Origin: Bacteroidales bacterium
Lineage (GTDB): Bacteria; Bacteroidota; Bacteroidia; Bacteroidales; UBA12077
Direction: 5' to 3'
DNA length: 24,834 nucleotides
Assembly (NCBI GenBank): GCA_028282585.1
Contig: JANQHR010000166.1
Span: 1-24,834, forward strand
Numbering within the stretch: the first letter of the stretch is position 1; the number at the start of each line of letters is the position of its first letter. The notes under the pieces are model-generated. The model worked only from the letters and a program-made list of their open reading frames with translations, had not been told where the DNA came from and made no database searches. Both the position numbers and the translations under genes were made by a program. Shown here piece by piece: positions 8,419 to 15,912 of the stretch.

Positions 8419-11106
8419 TCAATAAAGGGTAACTCTCATTTTAACGCTATATCCTTTATTATTACTGCTGCTCATATTTATGTCTCCATTTAAGGATTTT
8501 ATGCGGCTTATTATATTGGATAATCCCATTCCGGTATTTTTACTTAAGGTATCATCAATATTAAATCCTGTTCCATCATCGGCGTAATGCAAAAAAAGAT
8601 TATTTTCTTTATGAACCAGTTTTAAAATTATGGTATTAGCACTGGCATGCTTAAGCGTATTATTAATCAATTCAACAATAATTCTATATAGTGTGGTTTC
8701 AATTTTTTCGGAAACCCTTATCTCAAAGTTAGATCCTAATGCGAATTTAATAGAGCTGGTATCTGTTATTTTTTTATAAAATGATTCTACTGCCGTTGTT
8801 AATCCAAAATTTTTTAATATGTGTGGACTAAGGTTATTTGATATTTCCTGAACTCCAAGTATTGCATCATCAATGGTTTCCTCAAGTTTTTTAATTATTT
8901 GCATTTTTTCTTCGGTATTTTCACTTAACTGGAATGATTTTGAGTAGATTTTAGCAGCAGATAATAAAGGTCCAAGCCCATCATGAAGATCTTTAGCAAA
9001 TCTTTCTTTTTCTCGTTCTTCTGTTTCGATAACTGCAGTAAGGATTTTTCTTTCTGTTTCTTTTCTTTCGGAAATATCTCTTATCATTGTTAAAACAGCT
9101 TTTTTGTTTTCATAATCTATTATCTTGCTGCTTATTTCTATGGAAATGATATCTCCGGAAGCCTTGTAAGTTTCTATTTCTATGGGCGTTAAAGATTCGC
9201 CATTGTACAAAGCACTTATTCTTTGTTTTAAGATGTCGGTATATTTGGGAGGTACGTGTTCAATGATTTCTTTACTAAATAAATATTCCTTTTTAAAACC
9301 TAATAGATTTATTAAAGTTTCGTTTATAGCTAAGATCTTATATTTATCGTTAAAAATGATTATTCCGTCGCTACTCGAATTAAATAAATTCCGGAATTTA
9401 CGTTCACTTTCGAATAAGGCCTTTTCGGTTTTTTTTCTTAAGGTGATATCCTCTGCCCAGCCTTCATAATATAAGACCTCACCGTTACTATTTTTAATCA
9501 CCTGGGCGCTTTCATTAATGTCAATGGAAGAACCGTCCTTTTTTATATATTGAGTTTCATAGCCATGTATTACTCCTTTTTGATTGATCATACTTTTAAA
9601 TTCTGACCGGGGATATATTCTTTCATCCAGATCTTTTTCAAGATTAATTTTTTGAAGCTCTTTAAGGTTGGAATAACCTAACATTTTTAACAAAGCAGGA
9701 TTGGCCATTAATACTTTACCGCCAGGAGTTGTTCTGTATATTCCAAGGGTAGAGTTCTCGTACAAAGTACGGTACTCTTCTTCACTTTTCTGCATATTCT
9801 TAAATAATAATAATGATGATAAAGAGTCTTCAATTCGCCGGCCTATTTCATTAAATAATTGTATTTCATCATTTGTCCATTTTCTGGCATAAGAACATTG
9901 ATGCATGCCTAGTCCCCATGGTTTGCCTATTTTGGGATAAATGGCCATTACCAGTTGTGATAAAACATTAAATTCTTTGGCTAATTCAGGGTATATTTTA
10001 TGTTTCTCTTCGGGACCAAAAGGAACAGGTAATTCACTACCTAATGCTACTTTACAAACCTTGTCAGCACCAGGCTTCATAGGAATATCTTCATTTAACT
10101 GGAATGCGCCTGGATATTCCTGGTTGTTAAGCTCTGTTTCAATCTTAAAGGTAGGAGCATCAGGATCGCAGGGGTATAATAACCAAATTCGGTCGCATTT
10201 AAAAATTGACAGAGAAGTTTTTAAAACATCCCATAACATTTGATTTACATTATTAGATTTTTGAATGATCTTGTTTACTTGATTAATATTTTTTAAGAAA
10301 TTCAGATATGCTTTCCTTTGCTTTTCAGCCTGTTTTTGTTCGGTTATATCAAGTACAGAAAAAGTAACTCCTTCGGAGAGGTCTTTAATATTAATAGGAG
10401 ATGAGCTTAATAATACATCGATTATTTGCCCGTCTTTACATAACCACTTTGTTTCGATACTTCCAATGCGATGTTTCTTTATTTGGGAATACTTAACTTT
10501 CCCTACTCTTTCAAACTCTTCATTTGAAGGGTAAATTATTCGGGCACTTTTATTAATAAGTTCTTTTTTAGAATAACCTGTTAACTCACATATTCTTTTA
10601 TTTACATTTATAAATACTCTGTCCTTAACAACACCTATTCCAATTGGTGCTGCACGGAAAATACTCTTCATTCCGGCTTCACTTATTTTTAGCTTAGCTT
10701 CAGATTTTTTACGAGCAGTAATATCACGGTCAATGCCTCTAAATCCCAGAAAGTTACCTTTAATGTCAAAAAAGGGTACTCCACTTGTTTCAAGAATAAC
10801 CTTTTTCCCGTTTTTATGTAAATTAGTATTTTCCAGGTTGAAAAAAGGTTTTTTAGATGTAATTAAGCTGAAAAACTTATTGGCAATTTTACTTGCTTCT
10901 TCCGTTGGCATAAAATCAAACGGAGTTTTCCCGATGATTTGTTCCGGATTATAACCAAGTAAATCTTTTACCTTTGAGCTGGAAAATGTATAAACACCTT
11001 CCGTATTCACTTCCCAAATCCAGTCACTGGTTATTTCAACTAAATTGCGAAACTTCTCCTCACTTTTTTTTAATTTCTCTTTAGTTTTTTTTTCGTTTTC
11101 ACTCAT
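8419..11106 (-). CDS. Cytoplasmic multi-PAS/GAF sensor histidine kinase (HisKA_3, NarX/UhpB class)
   Basis: Four PAS/PAC repeats ending RDIT/LDIT/EDIT/RDIS with a central GAF-like region (KPWGLGMHQCSYARKWT). H-box EREKERFAKDLHDGLGPLL; ELINNTLKHA, DDGTGF, GMGLSNI. No TM segment seen. Confidence 0.93.
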   Translation of the reverse strand: MSENEKKTKEKLKKSEEKFRNLVEITSDWIWEVNTEGVYTFSSSKVKDLLGYNPEQIIGKTPFDFMPTEEASKIANKFFSLITSKKPFFNLENTNLHKNGKKVILETSGVPFFDIKGNFLGFRGIDRDITARKKSEAKLKISEAGMKSIFRAAPIGIGVVKDRVFINVNKRICELTGYSKKELINKSARIIYPSNEEFERVGKVKYSQIKKHRIGSIETKWLCKDGQIIDVLLSSSPINIKDLSEGVTFSVLDITEQKQAEKQRKAYLNFLKNINQVNKIIQKSNNVNQMLWDVLKTSLSIFKCDRIWLLYPCDPDAPTFKIETELNNQEYPGAFQLNEDIPMKPGADKVCKVALGSELPVPFGPEEKHKIYPELAKEFNVLSQLVMAIYPKIGKPWGLGMHQCSYARKWTNDEIQLFNEIGRRIEDSLSSLLLFKNMQKSEEEYRTLYENSTLGIYRTTPGGKVLMANPALLKMLGYSNLKELQKINLEKDLDERIYPRSEFKSMINQKGVIHGYETQYIKKDGSSIDINESAQVIKNSNGEVLYYEGWAEDITLRKKTEKALFESERKFRNLFNSSSDGIIIFNDKYKILAINETLINLLGFKKEYLFSKEIIEHVPPKYTDILKQRISALYNGESLTPIEIETYKASGDIISIEISSKIIDYENKKAVLTMIRDISERKETERKILTAVIETEEREKERFAKDLHDGLGPLLSAAKIYSKSFQLSENTEEKMQIIKKLEETIDDAILGVQEISNNLSPHILKNFGLTTAVESFYKKITDTSSIKFALGSNFEIRVSEKIETTLYRIIVELINNTLKHASANTIILKLVHKENNLFLHYADDGTGFNIDDTLSKNTGMGLSNIISRIKSLNGDINMSSSNNKGYSVKMRVTLY

Positions 11107-11305
11107 GAACTATACTATTAACAGCAAACGAAATACGATTGACTACTTTTAAAAAAGTCTATTTCATTTTTATTTGAAAATATTTCGGTATCAAAATGTT
11201 TATTTTTTACCGTTTCACGATATTTAAAAATAGATGAAATTTTTGTATTAAAGCAAAAAAATACAACAACATCTTTATTTTAACATTTGGTTAAATCATG
11301 CTCTT

Positions 11306-11514
11306 TTAATGGCTTTTTATTCGTAACAGTCCGTCCTTCATAGTTCAAACTTTTCTTCTAATACTGGTAACGATGCAGGATGCGTAAAAAAGCTTGAGCC
11401 AATAACATTTATATCTTTTCTTTTTGCCAAATGATTAAGCGATTCAATACTAAGATGTTTACTTGTGGTGTTAGAATTGTATGATTGTAAGCAGTAATCT
11501 ACAAAATAATTCAT
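11306..11514 (-). pseudogene. Decayed N-terminal fragment of an EndoQ-like PHP-domain gene (family also found fused to UvrD helicases)
   Basis: From ATG 11514: MNYFVDYCLQSYNSNTTSKHLSIESLNHLAKRKDINVIGSSFFTHPASLPVLEEKFE, then a frameshift to MKDGLLRIKSH*. This resembles the recalled family pattern (F.ADLHIHS.YS.ATSK.L..E.L...A..KGI.V.GTGDFTHP.W...L.EKLEP.E.GL..LK). The HxH and GTGD motifs are lost. Confidence 0.65.
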
Positions 11515-11842
11515 GTATGATGAATTTAATAAGGGGATCAATAAATTCATAAAAATCAAAACAAACTATTTTACTGTTTTTTTAATAACAATAAATATAC
11601 AGTAAAGGTTTAATTTTTAAAAGCTTTATTTTAGAATATAACATAAAAACTGATGTTTTTCGATATGTTAATCACTAAAAATAAAGACATTAAACTAATT
11701 TAAACTAGTTTTTTAGATAACTGTATAATTAATGTTAAGGAAAAAGTGTCGAAGGTTTCGATGAAAATAGTATAGTTTATATTATTTCCCTTAATAGTTA
11801 TGTTTTTCATCGTGTAATCATAGCCGATATTATAATTTGACA

Positions 11843-11878
11843 AATACAAAGAAAGGCTTCTAAACTATAGAAGCCTTT
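11843..11878 (-). terminator. Intrinsic terminator-like hairpin
   Basis: Perfect 11-bp arms aaaggcttcta 11852-11862 / tagaagccttt 11868-11878 with a 5-nt loop, followed by T-rich sequence on the minus strand. Confidence 0.7.
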
Positions 11879-11960
11879 ACCCTAATTAAGAACCCTAAAT
11901 TTTAATTACTCCCCTTCTCAGATGATATCCGCAATTTTTTAGTTGGTTTTATGTATTTAC
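11845..11960 (-). ncRNA. Candidate ~110-nt small RNA (or tiny-ORF transcript)
   Basis: Promoter-like TAACTTGC at 11971-11964 and a terminator at 11878-11852, with no ATG ORF between them. The 3' motif is shared with 4352-4402. Confidence 0.4.
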
Positions 11961-11963
11961 AAT

Positions 11964-12062
11964 GCAAGTTATAAAGTTAATTTTACGAAGTTATGAGTAA
12001 AATTACCTGTTTAATTACAAATCAATCTACGTATTTGCACCAACTATTTTACGTAATTGACT
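11964..12062 (-). promoter_or_regulatory. Second copy of the GTA-N4-TAC promoter architecture
   Basis: GTAAAATTAC 11997-12006 (reverse complement of the 7649-7658 box), TTAATTTTAC 11977-11986, GTATTTGCAC 12031-12040, TACGTA at 12028 and 12050; -7-like element at 11971-11964. Confidence 0.5.
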
Positions 12063-12217
12063 GAAATTCATTAAAAAGCGATTCGCTTAAAGAGTGAGAT
12101 AAATTTTAAACCGGTTAAAACAGGCGTTTATTTTTTATTCAAACAAACAGGTAAAAAGAATATGCATACACATGTTTTTAATCATAAATTATTTTTAGAT
12201 TATTTTTCATTTTAGCC

Positions 12218-12246
12218 CGCAAGTTTTTCTAAACCAATTTGTCTTA
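12218..12246 (+). promoter_or_regulatory. Putative ECF sigma promoter (GCAAG-N16-TGTCT) upstream of the sigma gene
   Basis: cGCAAGtttttctaaaccaattTGTCTta; same motif and spacing recur at 13386-13414. Confidence 0.7.
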
Positions 12247-12266
12247 CTAGTAAGGAAAAATTATTA

Positions 12267-12839
12267 ATGAAAGATTACGATCTTGTTGAACGTATTAAGA
12301 ATCAAGATGAATCAGCTTTTAAGGAATTAGTAGAAAGTTACCAAGATATGGTAATAAATTCCTGTTATGGTTTATTACATGATTATAACGAAGCCGAAGA
12401 CGTCGCTCAGGATGTTTTTGTAGAAGTATACGAGTCAATTCATAAATTTAGGGGAGATTCGAAAATTTCTACATGGTTGTATCGTATTGCCATTAATAAA
12501 TCAATAAATACTACAAAAAAAAATAAATTAAGAAAATTCTTTATTAAAATTGAGGACGCATTTAATGGTGTTGAAACCAGAAATTATGAGAAATCAGATG
12601 ATATAAACTCTAAACCTCTGCAAAGATTAGAATCCATTGAAAACAAAGCAATAATAAAGAACGCGATAGATCATTTACCAAGCAATCAAAAAATCGCATT
12701 TACTTTACATAAATACGAAGATGTTTCTTATAAAGAAATTGCGGAAATAATGGATCTTTCTCTAAGTTCGGTGGAATCTCTTATATTTAGAGCAAAACAG
12801 AACCTTAAGAAAAAATTAGTTCAATATTTTATAAAATAA
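12267..12839 (+). CDS. ECF RNA polymerase sigma-70 factor
   Basis: Region 2: AEDVAQDVFV...FRGDSKISTWLYRIAIN. Region 4: LPSNQKIAFTL...SYKEIAEIMDLSLSSVESLIFRAKQNL. Confidence 0.95.
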   Translation: MKDYDLVERIKNQDESAFKELVESYQDMVINSCYGLLHDYNEAEDVAQDVFVEVYESIHKFRGDSKISTWLYRIAINKSINTTKKNKLRKFFIKIEDAFNGVETRNYEKSDDINSKPLQRLESIENKAIIKNAIDHLPSNQKIAFTLHKYEDVSYKEIAEIMDLSLSSVESLIFRAKQNLKKKLVQYFIK

Positions 12840-12848
12840 TAGTTGAAA

Positions 12849-13361
12849 ATGAAGAAGCTAAATAACTATATAAGTAAGTTAAATATCATTTTGTTGGTTG
12901 CCAATCTAACCATATTTGGTGCAATATATTTGAGTCATTCCGGATTTCATTCCGAAAAAAATTTGAATTATCAAACCAATACAGACGAATTTATTAAAAA
13001 AGAACTCGGGTTCTCTGAGGAGCAATATGAAGAATATCTGGCTCTTAACGAAAAAGTGATGAAAGGATATAAGAGAAATGAAGAACTTACATGCATAAAT
13101 CATTATGGTTTTCTTCTTGAATTGTCAAAGCCTGAGCCTTCGCTTACCAAGTTGGATTCAATTAGTCGTGCAAACGGTCGGCTTCATACGGGACTGAAAG
13201 TATTCACCGCAAGACATTTTTTAAATATAATGTCGATATGTACTCAAGAACAGGAAATAAAATTTCAACAATTAATTAAAGAAATGTTGCAGATTGGTGC
13301 GTGTGAAGATTGTACCGATCCAAATTGTCCGCATGAATCTGATGTTCACAGAATTAAATAA
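12849..13361 (+). CDS. Membrane-anchored Spy/CpxP/ZraP-like helical periplasmic protein with Cys/His-rich tail
   Basis: N-terminal hydrophobic helix (IILLVANLTIFGAIYL); LTxxQ-like motifs ELGFSEEQ and SICTQEQ; tail CEDCTDPNCPHESDVH. ATG 12849 preferred over TTG 12843. Confidence 0.7.
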   Translation: MKKLNNYISKLNIILLVANLTIFGAIYLSHSGFHSEKNLNYQTNTDEFIKKELGFSEEQYEEYLALNEKVMKGYKRNEELTCINHYGFLLELSKPEPSLTKLDSISRANGRLHTGLKVFTARHFLNIMSICTQEQEIKFQQLIKEMLQIGACEDCTDPNCPHESDVHRIK

Positions 13362-13385
13362 AAGTTAATTTTTTTTAAATTTTTG

Positions 13386-13414
13386 CGCAAGTTTTTTAAA
13401 AAATTGTTGTCTTA
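13386..13414 (+). promoter_or_regulatory. Second putative ECF promoter (GCAAG-N16-TGTCT) upstream of the anti-sigma gene
   Basis: cGCAAGttttttaaaaaattgtTGTCTta; as for the first copy, 22 nt separate TGTCT from the ATG. Confidence 0.7.
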
Positions 13415-13434
13415 ATGTTAAAAGGATTTGAAAA

Positions 13435-13863
13435 ATGAACTGTAAGGATTTTTTAAAAGAAATAACAAAAGGTAAATTGAATTCGAACCTAGGTCATATT
13501 GAATTTTGTGAAAACTGTAAGGAGATTCTTTTAAATATCGATAAACAAATTGAAGAGGTTGGAAAGGATAAATTAACCGAAACCAACCCTTTTTTTTATA
13601 CAAAAGTAAAACAGCGACTTGAAAATAGACAGATTAAACCATTTTATAATAAACAATTTATTATTCGCTTAGGGAACGTATCATCACTCGTCATAACAGG
13701 GATGTTTTTGGGGCTTTTATTTTTTAAGCAATTTGGAGGAGGTATTCAAATTCCTCCTGGTAAAGAAAATAGAAGGGAGCAAATTATCGAAAATATGATG
13801 AATGATCATTTTCTGATTAATAAGTCAAAATCAATTTCGTTATTTGACTCAGAGTCAGAATAA
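13435..13863 (+). CDS. Probable zinc-binding (ZAS) transmembrane anti-sigma factor
   Basis: MNC at the N-terminus, HxxxCxxC (HIEFCENC), NPFFYTKV linker, single TM helix (SLVITGMFLGLLFF); close to the ECF sigma gene. Confidence 0.82.
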   Translation: MNCKDFLKEITKGKLNSNLGHIEFCENCKEILLNIDKQIEEVGKDKLTETNPFFYTKVKQRLENRQIKPFYNKQFIIRLGNVSSLVITGMFLGLLFFKQFGGGIQIPPGKENRREQIIENMMNDHFLINKSKSISLFDSESE

Positions 13864-13948
13864 CCTAGCAAACGAGTCTTTAATTAAAACAGATTAAAAA
13901 TTTTTAAACGAAGTGATTTTTCACTTTGCAGGAAAGCTATATACTATT

Positions 13949-15910
13949 ATGAAACGTAAATTAATAAACTTTAACTTATTCAGACTATTATCCCAGCTTA
14001 GTATCTTAGGAATTCTGTTCGTGTTAGCATACGACTTTTTTATTCAAATGAAGTATGTTGATTTTGAAGCATATTGTCCATTTGGAGGAATTATGGCATT
14101 GGGAAGTTTTATAGAGAATGAATCTTTAACATGCTCAATGACTTCTAAGCAAATTGGCATGGGAATAATATTATTTGTAAGTATTATTTTATTTAGCAAA
14201 CTATTTTGTTCAAATATATGTCCTATCGGAACAGTAACAGAGTTTATTTCAAAACAAGCCAGAAAATTAAAAGTTAATTTTACACCCAAAGGAATTACAG
14301 ATAAAGCATTAAGAATTATAAAATATGTTTTATTGGCAATCATATTTTATTTTACACTGGAAACCTCAGAATTATTTTGTAAAAAATTTGATCCGTACTA
14401 TGCTATTGCAACCGGATTTAATGATGATGTAAACTTATGGATGGCAATTATCTCGATAGCAACTGTTTTTATCGGTTCCTTTTTTGTAAGAATGTTCTGG
14501 TGCAAATATGCATGCCCGCTTGGAGCATTATCCAATATTTTTAAAAATTATTGGTCATTTATTGTACTTGCTTTTATTTATATAATTCTGCTGTGGACAG
14601 GAGTTAAATTAAGCTTATTCTGGTTTGTACTAGCAATATCAATAGTAGGATACATACAGGAAATATTGAATAATCCAATTGAAAAATTGCAGCTTATTAA
14701 AATTGTTAGAGACGAAGAAATTTGTATCGACTGTAAAAAGTGCAATAAAAGCTGCCCTCAGGGAATTGCCGTAACGGAATATACCAAAGTTAATCATATC
14801 GATTGTAACATGTGCGGCGAATGTGTATCAGTTTGTCATGTGAAAGGATCAATTGGAGTTAATCAACCTAAAAAGAAATTAGTATGGTTACCTACTTTAA
14901 TTGTAGCTATATTATTAGTAATAGGCCTTTTTCTTGGTAAACAGTTTGAGCTACCAACAGTAAATATATTCTGGGGTGATGGATTGGAGAAAGAGTATTC
15001 CGAAACATTTACCATGGATAATTTACGAGATGTAAAATGTTATGGTAGTTCCATGTCATTTGTTGAGCAGATGAAGCAGGTTCCCGGAGTAATTGGAGCG
15101 GCAACATACGTTGATAGACACAGAGTAAAAGTTCTTTATGATCCACAACGAATAGAACCTGCCGAGATTAAGGAAGCTATTTTTAATCCGGCAAAAATGT
15201 TAAATATTGAGCCTGATTTAAATTTAGATTCTTTAGTAATTGTTAGTGTTGAAGTAAACAACTTTTTCGATGGCTTTGATACTTATTTTATGAATATTCT
15301 TTTATCGCAGTATTCGGAGCATACCGTATTCGGATATGAGTCGATGTATGGAGAACCTGTTAACCTAAAATTATTTATGGACCAGTCTCCGCTTATTTTA
15401 AATAATTTGAAAGATTTTATCGAAAAAGATGAAATTGCATTTATCGAAGAGGGCATTGAGTATACCGAAGATCTTAATTTCGAAGTAGTATCAATCGATG
15501 TCTTAAAGGAAAAAATCTCACGTATAGATTTTATGCTAAAAATGTTTAAAGCATACAATGCTACCTGCAATAATTATGAGAATTACGAACAAAAAGATAT
15601 TGAGACTTTTAAGGTAAAAGTTTTAGGTTATAGGAAAAATCAACAAATGGGCGCTCATTTAAGAAATGATATTGCCCGAAATGATACTGGCATAGTAAGG
15701 GTTAAAACTTATTATGCCGGTGATTATCCAATTGCAGAAATTGAATATGTAAATACCATAACAAATCCGGAAAATATTTGGAATAGCATTTCAAAAGACA
15801 CGTTAACTGTTACTTATACCAATGGTTACGTGCAAAAATTAAAAAATCCTTTTCAGTTCGAAAAAATCAGGTCCGAAGAATTATTAATTAAACCTGAAAA
15901 ACAACATTAA
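13949..15910 (+). CDS. Membrane 4Fe-4S binding protein (NapH/RdxA/FixG-like) with C-terminal HMA-like domains
   Basis: Multiple TM helices; EAYCPFGG, FCSNICPIG, WCKYACPLG; two ferredoxin motifs CIDCKKCNKSCP and CNMCGECVSVC. After the last TM there is an HMA-like segment (VKCYGSS...VPGV...VKVLYDP). ATG 13949 preferred over GTG 13913. Confidence 0.85.
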   Translation: MKRKLINFNLFRLLSQLSILGILFVLAYDFFIQMKYVDFEAYCPFGGIMALGSFIENESLTCSMTSKQIGMGIILFVSIILFSKLFCSNICPIGTVTEFISKQARKLKVNFTPKGITDKALRIIKYVLLAIIFYFTLETSELFCKKFDPYYAIATGFNDDVNLWMAIISIATVFIGSFFVRMFWCKYACPLGALSNIFKNYWSFIVLAFIYIILLWTGVKLSLFWFVLAISIVGYIQEILNNPIEKLQLIKIVRDEEICIDCKKCNKSCPQGIAVTEYTKVNHIDCNMCGECVSVCHVKGSIGVNQPKKKLVWLPTLIVAILLVIGLFLGKQFELPTVNIFWGDGLEKEYSETFTMDNLRDVKCYGSSMSFVEQMKQVPGVIGAATYVDRHRVKVLYDPQRIEPAEIKEAIFNPAKMLNIEPDLNLDSLVIVSVEVNNFFDGFDTYFMNILLSQYSEHTVFGYESMYGEPVNLKLFMDQSPLILNNLKDFIEKDEIAFIEEGIEYTEDLNFEVVSIDVLKEKISRIDFMLKMFKAYNATCNNYENYEQKDIETFKVKVLGYRKNQQMGAHLRNDIARNDTGIVRVKTYYAGDYPIAEIEYVNTITNPENIWNSISKDTLTVTYTNGYVQKLKNPFQFEKIRSEELLIKPEKQH

Positions 15911-15912
15911 AA

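Noticed and set aside
2135-10954. Plus-strand ORFs at 2135, 4407, 5482, 9182, 9701, 9941 and 10733
   Set aside because: Antisense shadows of strongly supported minus-strand genes; no recognisable features.
11338-11559. 73-aa ORF as an intact small protein
   Set aside because: Better explained as a frameshifted, degenerate PHP/EndoQ fragment beginning at 11514.
12077-12120. Short palindromes aagcgattcgctt and aaccggtt
   Set aside because: Too short to distinguish from chance in AT-rich DNA; no second copy found.
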